Source: Acidobacteriota bacterium (lineage in GTDB: Bacteria > Acidobacteriota > Thermoanaerobaculia > Gp7-AA8). Taken from it: 52,830 nt of DNA. Below the pieces are notes generated by a model that did not search any database, had not been told where the DNA came from, and worked only from the letters and a program-made list of their open reading frames with translations. The stretch lies in NCBI GenBank assembly GCA_025463165.1, contig JAOBAU010000113.1, forward strand, positions 1 through 52,830, read 5' to 3'. Position 1 is the stretch's first letter, and the number at the start of each line of letters is the position of its first letter. Made by a program: the position numbers and the translations under genes. Positions 1 through 8,449 of the stretch are shown here, in pieces.

Positions 1-1033
1 CGGCCTTGAAGCAGGCGTGGGTCATCAGGTGGAACACGCCCGAGGCATAGGCTTTGGTGCCCACGCCGATGAACATGAAGCCGAGCTGCGAGACGGTGGA
101 GTAGGCGAGGACTTTTTTGATGTCCCACTGCCGGATGCCGATCGTCGCGGCGAAGAGCGCGGTACAGGCGCCGACGATGGCGACGACCGCCATCGCCGTC
201 GGCGAGAGGCGATAGAGGACGTTCGAGCGGACGATCATGTAGACGCCGGCGGTGACCATCGTCGCGGCGTGGATGAGTGCGGAGACCGGAGTCGGGCCGG
301 CCATGGCGTCAGGCAGCCAGACGAAGAGAGGAATCTGCGCCGATTTGCCGGTGGCGCCGAGGAAGAGCAGGAGACAGATGGTGGTGATGAGCGCCGGCGC
401 GAGATTTCCATGTGCCGCGATCTGCGTGACTTTCGCGAAGTCGACCGTGCCGAAGTTCGCGAGCATCAGGAACATGGCGATGAGGAAACCGAAGTCGCCG
501 ATGCGATTGACGATGAACGCTTTCTTGCCGGCTGCCGGCGCGTAGCCGGTCTCGTAATAGAAGCCGATCAGGAGATAGGAACAGAGTCCGACGCCTTCCC
601 AGCCGACGAACATGAAGAGATAGCTGGAGCCGAGGACGAGGATGAGCATCGCGGCGAGGAAGAGATTGAGGTACGCGAAGTAGCGCGCGTAGCCGTCTTC
701 ATGCGCCATGTAGCCGGCGGAGTAAAGATGGATCATGAAGCCGATCCAGGTGACGATCATCAGCATGACGACGCTGAGCGGATCGAGCTGGAACGCGATG
801 TCGGCGGAGATGCCGCCGGAAGAGATCCAGTTGTAAACGACGTCGAGGTGACGCTCGCCGCCGGGATACGCGTGGTGATACTGCACGACGGCAATGGTCG
901 CGAAGACCGCGGCAAAAAACGTCGACGCCAGCGCCACCGCGGTGACGAACGCCTTGCCGGCCTTCCTGCCGACGAGCCCGTTCACCAGGAAGCCGATGAA
1001 CGGGAGGAGGGGGATTAGCCAGAGTTTGTCCAT
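1..1033 (-). CDS. nuoL: NADH-quinone oxidoreductase subunit L (partial, runs off window start)
   Basis: Not in ORF track because truncated. Minus-strand ATG at 1033 reads MDKLWLIPLLPFIGFLVNG..., later GKSAQIPLFVWLPDAMAGPTPVSALIHAATMVTAGVY and DIKKVLAYSTVSQLGFMF, hallmark NuoL/ND5 motifs. Confidence 0.97.
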   Translation of the reverse strand, partial: MDKLWLIPLLPFIGFLVNGLVGRKAGKAFVTAVALASTFFAAVFATIAVVQYHHAYPGGERHLDVVYNWISSGGISADIAFQLDPLSVVMLMIVTWIGFMIHLYSAGYMAHEDGYARYFAYLNLFLAAMLILVLGSSYLFMFVGWEGVGLCSYLLIGFYYETGYAPAAGKKAFIVNRIGDFGFLIAMFLMLANFGTVDFAKVTQIAAHGNLAPALITTICLLLFLGATGKSAQIPLFVWLPDAMAGPTPVSALIHAATMVTAGVYMIVRSNVLYRLSPTAMAVVAIVGACTALFAATIGIRQWDIKKVLAYSTVSQLGFMFIGVGTKAYASGVFHLMTHACFKA

Positions 1034-1035
1034 TT

Positions 1036-1125
1036 CGAGTGAGTGCTGAGTGCTGAGTGCTGAGTGCTGAGTCAAACCCCCGGGTGGGCGGGACTCAGCA
1101 CTCTGCACTCAGCACTCTGCACTCG
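1036..1125. repeat. Heptamer-array palindrome A: (GAGTGCT)n GAGTC - 18 nt spacer - GACTC (AGCACTC/TGCACTC)n
   Basis: Read directly: left arm 1036-1073, right arm 1092-1125, mutually complementary. Confidence 0.95.
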
Positions 1126-1168
1126 TATCTCCTCACGTCTGGCCGCCGTGAGGAGATCCTCGCGGCGG

Positions 1169-1579
1169 CTAAGTCTTGTCGTTCACGCGATCCCGATAAT
1201 CCTCCGAGGAGGCGGGGTCGAGCTCCCAGCGGTGGCGGTCGCGTTCTCGTTCTTTTTCGCCGACTTTCAACTCTTCGTCGTCGGCGTATTCGATTCCCAT
1301 GGCGCGGCCGATGTCGCTGACCTGGTTCTGTTCCGGGGTGGTCATCGATGAAACGGCCGATTCGTCGCCCGATCCCTCCGCGGTTTCGAAGCGGGCGTCG
1401 ACGTCGCCTCCCGTGACTACGAGACTGTCGGCGCCGTCCTCTTTGAGGCGGTGGCGCAGATTTGCGGAGCCGGCGCTGATGTCCGGAATCGGCGGCTCGA
1501 TCTCATCATCGATGCCGTTGCGGTTCCGGTCGGCGCGTTCGTTCTCTTCCCAGTCAATGAGCTTTTCGGTCTTGTCCAT
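1169..1579 (-). CDS. Small acidic protein, DUF6335-like
   Basis: TGGDVDA...GDES...TPEQNQVSDIGRAMGIEYADDEEL...RDRHRWELDPAS resembles the DUF6335 family as I recall it; AGGAG upstream. Confidence 0.75.
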   Translation of the reverse strand: MDKTEKLIDWEENERADRNRNGIDDEIEPPIPDISAGSANLRHRLKEDGADSLVVTGGDVDARFETAEGSGDESAVSSMTTPEQNQVSDIGRAMGIEYADDEELKVGEKERERDRHRWELDPASSEDYRDRVNDKT

Positions 1580-1632
1580 TTTCGATGCTCCTGTCGAGCT
1601 CGAAAATGCGACCTCCGCGCCAACGGCGCGTT

Positions 1633-1935
1633 TTACCAGTGCATCAGGTTCGCTTCGTCGACGTCGATCGTCTCGCGGTGATGGAACAGCGAGAGGAAGA
1701 TGGCGAGCCCGACCGCTGCTTCCGCGGCCGCGATCGCCATGACGAAGAAGACGAAGATCATTCCGTGTAACTGATGAAACTGCCTCGCGTAGGCGAGGAA
1801 CGTCAGGTTGACGGCGTTCACCATCAGCTCGATCGACATGAAGATCGTGATGCCGTTCCTGCGCGTGAGCACCCCGCAGACGCCGATCGTGAAGAGGATC
1901 GCGCTGAGGATCAGAAAGTAATGAGTCGGGATCAT
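1633..1935 (-). CDS. nuoK: NADH-quinone oxidoreductase subunit K
   Basis: C-terminal 100 aa of ORF 1633..2694: MIPTHYFLILSAILFTIG...RRN...MSIELMVNAVNL...AIAAAEAAVGLAI; start overlaps nuoJ stop. Confidence 0.96.
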   Translation of the reverse strand: MIPTHYFLILSAILFTIGVCGVLTRRNGITIFMSIELMVNAVNLTFLAYARQFHQLHGMIFVFFVMAIAAAEAAVGLAIFLSLFHHRETIDVDEANLMHW

Positions 1936-2459
1936 CGAGCCCCCTCTCCGTCGGCCGCGCGCACTTTCGATGGCAGCCGGCCGCTCAGCAGCAATGCGCC
2001 GACGATCGCCGCCAGCAGGAGGATGGAGACCATCTCGAACGGGAAGATGTACGCCTGAAAGAGCTCGACGCCGACCGCGCGTGCGTCGGCGTTGAACGGT
2101 CCGTTGGGGAGCTGCAGCGCCGCGTACTTGGCGATGTAGTAGACGAGCCCGAGGCCGAAGGCGGCGCTGCCGGTGTAGCCGAGGAACTGCTGGATGGGAC
2201 GCGTGTTCTCTTCGCGCGCGTGCTGCAGATTGAGCAGCATGATCACGAAAAGGAACAGCACCATGATCGCGCCGGCGTAAACGATGATCTGCAGCACGGC
2301 GAGGAACGGCGCTTCGAGCAGCACGTACATCACCGCCAGCGCGAAGAAGGACGCGACGAGTGAGAGCGCGCCGACCACCGGATTGCGATGGAGGATGACG
2401 GCGAGGGCGAAGATCACGGCGATGGCGGCGAAGACGAAGAAGACGATGAATTCGAGCAT
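1932..2459 (-). CDS. nuoJ: NADH-quinone oxidoreductase subunit J
   Basis: RNPVVGAL, LQIIVYAGAIMVLFLFVIMLL and PFEMVSILLLAAIVGA motifs. Confidence 0.96.
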   Translation of the reverse strand: MLEFIVFFVFAAIAVIFALAVILHRNPVVGALSLVASFFALAVMYVLLEAPFLAVLQIIVYAGAIMVLFLFVIMLLNLQHAREENTRPIQQFLGYTGSAAFGLGLVYYIAKYAALQLPNGPFNADARAVGVELFQAYIFPFEMVSILLLAAIVGALLLSGRLPSKVRAADGEGAR

Positions 2460-2462
2460 TGG

Positions 2463-3764
2463 CTAGATCCAGCCCTTCGCGATCGCCAGCGCGACGATGA
2501 TCAGATTTACCAGCGCCAGCGGCAGAAACACCTTCCAGCCGGCTTTCATCAGGATGTCGTACTTCAGTCGCGGGATCGTCCAGCGCACCCAGACGAAAAC
2601 GAACAGCATGAACGTCACTTTCACCACGAAGGCGAGAGCGGAGAGGAGGAATCCGAAGAAGGTCGGCGGCTCGTGGTACCAGGGGATGTCCCATCCGCCG
2701 AGGAAGAGCGTCACGATCAACGCCGACATCGTCGCCATCGCGATGTACTCGGACATGAAGAACAGCGCGAACTTCATCGACGAGTATTCAGTGTGGTAGC
2801 CGGCCACGAGCTCCGCTTCAGCTTCCGCGAAATCGAACGGCAGCCGGTTCGTCTCCGCGAATGCGGCGATGACGAAGACAACGAACGCGATCCACATCAC
2901 CGGCGAGAAGACGTTCCACGCGGGCAGCTTCACCGTGTCGAAGATGACGAAGTAGCCGGTCTGCTTCCAGACGACGTCGGTCAGCCGCAGCGAGCCGGCG
3001 ACGAGCAGTGCGCTGACCGCGGCGAGCGACAGCGCCAGCTCGTACGAGATCATCTGCGCCGACGCGCGGATGCCGCCGAAGAGCGAGAACTTGTTGTTCG
3101 ATGCCCAGCCGGCCATGACGATGCCGTACACGCCCATCGATGCGAGCGCGAAGACGAGCAGCAGTCCGACGTTCAGATCGGCGACGATCGGCTCGAAGAT
3201 GCGATTGCCGCCCGGGATGCGAATGGCATCGACGGCTTTCAGTCCGGCGAGGCTGAGGATGACGGCCAGTCCGCCGAGGATCAGCGCGGCGCCGACGAGC
3301 CAGCCGACGGCGACGTTCAGCTTGCTCGCGCCGCCGCGTGAGCTGACGCGCACGGTAGAGAACGCGACGCCGCCGCCGAGGAACAACAGCGCCAGCGCGA
3401 GCGTCCAGCCGATCGTCGACACGTGCTCGTAAAGGATTGCTTCGGGAATGAGGAACGGACGTCCCCACGGCACGACGGCGATCGTCGTCAGCGCGGGGAT
3501 GAGGCCGAACATTGGCGCGATCGTGAAGAGCCACTTGTTCGCGCCGGCCGGCGTGAAGTCTTCCTTGAGGACGAACTTCAGCGCGTCGGCGAATGACTGA
3601 ATGAGGCCGAACGGTCCGATGCGGTTCGGACCGACGCGATCCTGGATCAGCGCGCTGCCGCGGCGCTCGACCCAGACCATGATCGGCGTCACCTGCAGCA
3701 GCGCGCCGACGACGATGGCGATCTTGAGCAGCGAGAGAACGATGTCGGTGGTATCGAATGCCAT
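2463..3764 (-). CDS. nuoH: NADH-quinone oxidoreductase subunit H with internal hydrophobic insertion
   Basis: ERR...QDRVGPNRIGPFGLIQSFADALK, GWASNNKFSLFGGIRASAQMISYE, AETNRLPFDFAEAEAELVAGYHTEYS. Confidence 0.97.
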   Translation of the reverse strand: MAFDTTDIVLSLLKIAIVVGALLQVTPIMVWVERRGSALIQDRVGPNRIGPFGLIQSFADALKFVLKEDFTPAGANKWLFTIAPMFGLIPALTTIAVVPWGRPFLIPEAILYEHVSTIGWTLALALLFLGGGVAFSTVRVSSRGGASKLNVAVGWLVGAALILGGLAVILSLAGLKAVDAIRIPGGNRIFEPIVADLNVGLLLVFALASMGVYGIVMAGWASNNKFSLFGGIRASAQMISYELALSLAAVSALLVAGSLRLTDVVWKQTGYFVIFDTVKLPAWNVFSPVMWIAFVVFVIAAFAETNRLPFDFAEAEAELVAGYHTEYSSMKFALFFMSEYIAMATMSALIVTLFLGGWDIPWYHEPPTFFGFLLSALAFVVKVTFMLFVFVWVRWTIPRLKYDILMKAGWKVFLPLALVNLIIVALAIAKGWI

Positions 3765-3776
3765 CGCCGATCGTCC

Positions 3777-5378
3777 TTACGCGGGCTGGCTCGCCACTGC
3801 GCCGCTGCCGTCATCGCTCCAGACGACGTTCGCGAGCGCCGGCACATCGCCGCGCATCGTCTCGAACATCTCTTCGACGTCGGCGCTGCGGAACTCCGCT
3901 GCAGCGGGATAGAGCTTCACGCCGATGCGGCGGAAGATCTCGACGTCGGTGACCGCCTGGCCTTTCGGTGGATACGCCTGATGGATGCGCTGCACGCGTC
4001 CCTGCAGGTTGGTGAACGTTCCTTCTTTTTCGACGTGCACCGTCGCCGGGAGCAGCACGTCGGCGACTTCGTTGAGCGGATGATTGACGTCCCATGAATG
4101 AACGATGAGCGTCTTCGCCTGGCGAAGGTTGGCGATGACCTGCGGATCTTTCGCGCGATCGCTGAATCCGGCGTCGCAGATGTAGAGGACGTCGATGCCG
4201 GCGGCGCCTTCGGTCATCAACTGTTCTACAGTTTTCGTCGTTTTCGCGCCGACGCCGACGTTCTGCACGCCGCGGAAGTTCGGCGCGCCCTGCGTGCCGA
4301 GGATCCATTCGGTGCGCGTTTTCATTTTGATCGGGCCGATCGCGTCGACCATCACGTCGAGCGTCGCGGCGCCGGCGTTGTCGGCGAAGAGTTTCTTCGC
4401 CAGCCACGCTTCTTCATTGGTCATGTTCGCGGAAGCGATGACGGCGATCTTCTCGCCGCTCGTGCCGTTGAACGCCACGGCGATCGCGTCGAGCGCTTCG
4501 ATCCAGGTGGAGATGCCGAGGTAGTCGTCCTCGTTGCGAACCTTCGGGACGACCACGCGGTCGGTCTCGTAGCGCTCGTGCGAGAAGCGGCCGTAGTCGC
4601 ACAGCCAGTGATCGTTGACGTCGGGATTGACGCGCGGGCGATAGCGGAAGACCTGTCCGTTGCGATGGCCGACGAAGATGTTGCAGCCGACGTCGCAGCC
4701 GTTGCAGACCGACTCCGCGGAGTCGAGGTTCCAGACGCGTGATTCGAAGCGGAACTCGCGCGTGGTCAGTGCACCGGTCGGGCAGATGTCGGTGACGCAG
4801 GCCGACATCCAGTTGTCGAGCGGCGTGTCGGGGAAGACGCCGACTTCCGTCGCCGCGCCGCGCTTGAAGAAGCCGAGCTCTTTCGTCTCGGTGATCTCCT
4901 GCGTGAAGCGAATGCAGCGCGTGCAGTGGATGCAGCGATTCATGTTCTGCACGACGTGCGGTCCGATGGCCGTGCGGTCCATGCCGGGATAGGTGCGCTT
5001 GTACTCGCCGTAACGCGACTCGACCGAGCCGTAGTTGAACGAGTAATCCTGCAGCGGACACTCGCCGGCTTTGTCGCAGATCGGGCAGTCGAGCGGATGG
5101 TTGATGAGAAGAAACTCCATCTGCCCTTTACGCGCTTTGTCGACCTTGTCGTTATAGACGTGGATCTTCATCCCGTCTTTGACCGGAGTCGCGCAGCCCG
5201 CCTGAAGTTTCGGCATCCCTTCGACTTCGACGAGACACATGCGGCACTGGCCGACCACGGTCAGTGAGGGGTGGTAGCAGAAATGAGGGACGTGAACGTC
5301 CGCGGCTTTCGCCGCTTCGATGACGTTGATGCCGTCCTGGACGTCGACCTCGACGCCGTCGATCGTTACTTTCGCCAT
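3777..5378 (-). CDS. nuoG: NADH-quinone oxidoreductase subunit G (short form)
   Basis: VPHFCYHP, CRMCLVE, HPLDCPICDKAGECPLQD, RCIHCTRCIRF, CPTGAL and CNGCDVGC...WLCD Fe-S motifs; C-terminal EKEGTFTNLQGRVQR. Confidence 0.95.
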   Translation of the reverse strand: MAKVTIDGVEVDVQDGINVIEAAKAADVHVPHFCYHPSLTVVGQCRMCLVEVEGMPKLQAGCATPVKDGMKIHVYNDKVDKARKGQMEFLLINHPLDCPICDKAGECPLQDYSFNYGSVESRYGEYKRTYPGMDRTAIGPHVVQNMNRCIHCTRCIRFTQEITETKELGFFKRGAATEVGVFPDTPLDNWMSACVTDICPTGALTTREFRFESRVWNLDSAESVCNGCDVGCNIFVGHRNGQVFRYRPRVNPDVNDHWLCDYGRFSHERYETDRVVVPKVRNEDDYLGISTWIEALDAIAVAFNGTSGEKIAVIASANMTNEEAWLAKKLFADNAGAATLDVMVDAIGPIKMKTRTEWILGTQGAPNFRGVQNVGVGAKTTKTVEQLMTEGAAGIDVLYICDAGFSDRAKDPQVIANLRQAKTLIVHSWDVNHPLNEVADVLLPATVHVEKEGTFTNLQGRVQRIHQAYPPKGQAVTDVEIFRRIGVKLYPAAAEFRSADVEEMFETMRGDVPALANVVWSDDGSGAVASQPA

Positions 5379-5426
5379 AGTGTTCGCCTGGGTGATGCGC
5401 GGGGGATCGGTTCTTTCACATGAGGC

Positions 5427-5444
5427 GGGTGAAAGTTTTCACAA
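5427..5444. promoter_or_regulatory. Putative Rex-type (or CRP-family) operator upstream of nuoG
   Basis: GGGTGAA-AGTT-TTCACAA; on the minus strand TTGTGAA-AACT-TTCACCC, 12 of 14 positions matching TTGTGAA-N4-TTCACAA. Confidence 0.55.
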
Positions 5445-5519
5445 ACCGGTTGCGGAGCATAACGATTCAAATCTGCATCGTCAACGACATCACGCGAGGA
5501 GTAGTAGCATGCGCCTCGC

Positions 5520-6488
5520 ATGAAAAAAGACGTCCTCATCGCCATCGCCGCGATCGCCATCGTTGCCGCTCTCGCCTTCGGTTTGAATGCCATGCGGCTG
5601 CCTCTTCCTCCGACTCCCTCGCAGCCGTACGCGGCGTCTTCGTCCGCGACGGAAACGAAGTCTCCAAACGGGCACGTGGTCATGCGCGTCAACGGGGAAC
5701 CGGTCACCGAGGAGGAGTTCAACGTCGCGTTCCAGCAGCTGCCGGAGCAGCTCCAGCAGCAGTTCGCATCGGAGATCGGGAAGCAGGCGCTCGCCGAACG
5801 GATCGTCCGTCTGAAACTGCTCGAGCAGGAAGGCCGGAAGCAGGGACTGGAGAACGAGCCGAAGGTGGCCGCGCAGGTTGCGCTGAGCCGCACGAACGCC
5901 GTCGCCGACGCGACGTTCTCCAAAATGCAGAAGCCGGCCAGCGAAGCGGAGGTCACGAAGTTCTACGAACAGAACCGCGCGAAGCTCGAGTCGGTCGAGC
6001 TGAATCACATCCTCCTCTCGTACGCCGGCAGTGAAGCGCCGCCGCGCGAAGGCGGCGCGCGGCTGACGCAGGAGCAGGCCATTGCGAAAGCGCTGCAGAT
6101 TCGCGCGAAGCTCAAACAGGGCGGCGACTTCGCGGCAATCGCGAAGCAGTACTCCGACGATGCCGGCAGCGCGGTTCGCGGCGGCAGCCTCGGCGAGATC
6201 GCGCACGGCATGCTGCCGGCGGAGCTCGACAAAGTCGTCTTCGCGTTGCCGGTCGGTGAGGTGAGTCCGCCGGTGCCGTCGCGCTACGGCATTCACATCT
6301 TCAAGGTGACGAAGAAGCAGGGCGAGCCCAATCAGCAGATTCGCTCGATGATCGCGCAGCGCGTCGCGCAGCAGGACGCCATGCAGAAGATCGAAGCGAT
6401 GCGCAAATCGGCGAAGGTCGACTTCGATCCGAAGTTCTTCCCGAACGCGAAGATGCCGCCCATACCGCCGGTGCCGGTGAAAAACTAA
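5520..6488 (+). CDS. Parvulin-type (PpiC/PrsA/SurA-like) peptidyl-prolyl isomerase, membrane anchored
   Basis: N-terminal TM; VMRVNGEPVT; HILL...GGDFAAIAKQYSDD...GGSLG...VSPPVPSRYGIHIFKV rotamase motif. Confidence 0.92.
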   Translation: MKKDVLIAIAAIAIVAALAFGLNAMRLPLPPTPSQPYAASSSATETKSPNGHVVMRVNGEPVTEEEFNVAFQQLPEQLQQQFASEIGKQALAERIVRLKLLEQEGRKQGLENEPKVAAQVALSRTNAVADATFSKMQKPASEAEVTKFYEQNRAKLESVELNHILLSYAGSEAPPREGGARLTQEQAIAKALQIRAKLKQGGDFAAIAKQYSDDAGSAVRGGSLGEIAHGMLPAELDKVVFALPVGEVSPPVPSRYGIHIFKVTKKQGEPNQQIRSMIAQRVAQQDAMQKIEAMRKSAKVDFDPKFFPNAKMPPIPPVPVKN

Positions 6489-6518
6489 TCCCGGCGCGAT
6501 ACACTGTTGCCACCCCGC

Positions 6519-6905
6519 ATGACAATCGCCGCGCCGAAGGTTCTCGTCGTCGAAGACAACGACATGAACATGCAGCTCGTCGAGTATCTGCTCGAAGAGG
6601 GCGGATACGAGATCGTGAAAGCCAGCAGCGGCGAGGAAGCGCTGTCGATCACGCGCGACTCCGAATCGCCGGCGCCCGACATCATCCTGATGGACATTCA
6701 TCTGCCCGGGATGGACGGTCTGAGCGTCGTGCGCGAGATCAAATCGGATGAGCGGATGCGCGGCGTTCCGATCCTCGCGCTGACCGCGCACGCCATGCGC
6801 GGCGACAAAGATCGCTTCCTCGAAGCAGGATGCGACGGCTACATCTCCAAGCCGATCGACGTGAAGACGTTCCTCTCGTCGATCGAACAGTACCTTCGAA
6901 AATAA
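6519..6905 (+). CDS. Single-domain response regulator (DivK/CheY-like)
   Basis: VLVVEDN, PDIILMDIHLPGMDG, ALTAHAM, GCDGYISKPID. ATG 6519 preferred over TTG 6507. Confidence 0.93.
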   Translation: MTIAAPKVLVVEDNDMNMQLVEYLLEEGGYEIVKASSGEEALSITRDSESPAPDIILMDIHLPGMDGLSVVREIKSDERMRGVPILALTAHAMRGDKDRFLEAGCDGYISKPIDVKTFLSSIEQYLRK

Positions 6906-6923
6906 ACCAGCAGGAGTCCCTCA

Positions 6924-8057
6924 TTGAACATCCTCGTCCTCGGCTCCGGCCGCATGGGCCTCGGCGCCGCTTACGATTTCGCACAACAGCCTGACGTCGA
7001 GCGCGTCACCGTCGCCGACATCGAGCTCGCCCGCGCCGAAGCGGTCGCGAAGCGCATCGGCAGCGACAAAGTCGTCCCCGTGCAGATCGACGTCACCGAT
7101 CACAAAGCGGTCGTCGAGCTGATGCGCGGCCATGCATCGACGCTCAGCTGCGTCGTCTACAAACTCAACGTCCAGCTCGCACGCGCCGCCATCGAAGCGG
7201 GCACGAACTTCTGCGACCTCGGCGGCAACAACGACGTCGTCGGCGCCGAGCTCGCACTCGATGCCGAAGCGCGCGACGCCGGCATCACGATCGTTCCCGA
7301 CTGTGGACTCGCACCCGGCATGGTGGCGGTGCTCGTCGCACACGCGGTGGAGCGCTTCACGAACGTCGACGAGATCCACATTCGCGTCGGCGGACTGCCG
7401 CAGGATCCGAAACCGCCGCTCAACTATCAGATGGTCTTCTCGGTCGAGGGACTCATCAACGAATACATCGAACGTGCGCGTGTCATGCGCGACGGAAAGA
7501 TCCTCGAAGTCGAATCGATGACCGAGATCGAAGAGCTGGAGTTCCCGGCGCCGTTCGGAAAGATGGAAGCGTTCCAGACTTCCGGTGGCACGTCGACGCT
7601 TCCCGAAACGTTTCAGGGCCGCGTGAAAGAGCTCGACTACAAGACGATCCGCTACAAGGGTCATGGCGAGAAGATCAAGACGATGATCGACCTCGGACTC
7701 TGCAGCTCGACGCCGATTGAAGTCGACGGTGTGCGCATCGCGCCGCGGCGCCTCCTGTCGGAGCTCATCGTGAAGAACCTGCCGGCCGATGGACCGGACG
7801 TCGTGCTCGTCCGCGTCGAAGTGATCGGCGACGGCAAGCGCCTTCGTTACGACATCATCGATTACCAGGATGAAGCGACCGGACTCTCCGCGATGATGCG
7901 GACGACCGCGTTCCCGGCGGCGATCGTGGCGCTGATGATGGCGCGCGGCGACGTCGCGAAGAAAGGCGCCATGCCGCAGGAGCGCTGCATCCCGACGCAG
8001 AAGTTCATGGACGAGCTGGCGAAGCGGAAGATCGACGTGAAAGAGGAGTGGAGTTAA
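6924..8057 (+). CDS. Saccharopine dehydrogenase family / lysine 6-dehydrogenase-like oxidoreductase
   Basis: Rossmann GSGRMG, DCGLAPG, RVGGLPQ, YKTIRYKGH, SAMMRTTAFPA; TTG start with AGGAG upstream. Confidence 0.88.
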   Translation: MNILVLGSGRMGLGAAYDFAQQPDVERVTVADIELARAEAVAKRIGSDKVVPVQIDVTDHKAVVELMRGHASTLSCVVYKLNVQLARAAIEAGTNFCDLGGNNDVVGAELALDAEARDAGITIVPDCGLAPGMVAVLVAHAVERFTNVDEIHIRVGGLPQDPKPPLNYQMVFSVEGLINEYIERARVMRDGKILEVESMTEIEELEFPAPFGKMEAFQTSGGTSTLPETFQGRVKELDYKTIRYKGHGEKIKTMIDLGLCSSTPIEVDGVRIAPRRLLSELIVKNLPADGPDVVLVRVEVIGDGKRLRYDIIDYQDEATGLSAMMRTTAFPAAIVALMMARGDVAKKGAMPQERCIPTQKFMDELAKRKIDVKEEWS

Positions 8058-8060
8058 GCG

Positions 8061-8408
8061 ATGCAACTCCTGCTGCGATGGCTGCTGAACACGATCGCGC
8101 TGTTCATCGTGGTGACGGTCGTGCCGGGCTTTTCGTATCGGACGATCGTCACGCTGGCCATCGCCGCCGCGGTGCTCGGTCTGCTGAACGCGATCGTCCG
8201 GCCGATCCTTTTTCTGCTCACGCTCCCACTGACGATCGTAACGCTCGGCCTCTTTCTGATCGTGCTGAACGCGATCATGCTCGAGCTGACCGACGTGCTC
8301 GTGCCGGGCTTTGCCATCAGTCATTTCCGATGGGCGATCGTCGGTGCGATCGTTCTCGGGCTCGTGTCGCTGATCACGAATCGGATCGGACGGCGCGAGA
8401 AAAGCTGA
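8061..8408 (+). CDS. YvlD-like 4-TM membrane protein (phage holin superfamily IV domain)
   Basis: LGLLNAIVRPILFLLTLPLTIVTLGLFLIVLNA signature. Confidence 0.88.
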   Translation: MQLLLRWLLNTIALFIVVTVVPGFSYRTIVTLAIAAAVLGLLNAIVRPILFLLTLPLTIVTLGLFLIVLNAIMLELTDVLVPGFAISHFRWAIVGAIVLGLVSLITNRIGRREKS

Positions 8409-8449
8409 GTCTTGTTACACTAGCGCCGACTTTCGAAGGAGATCTGCTT

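Noticed and set aside
8061-8408. Holin indicating a prophage
   Set aside because: YvlD-like 4-TM proteins are common chromosomal genes, and no phage genes are nearby.
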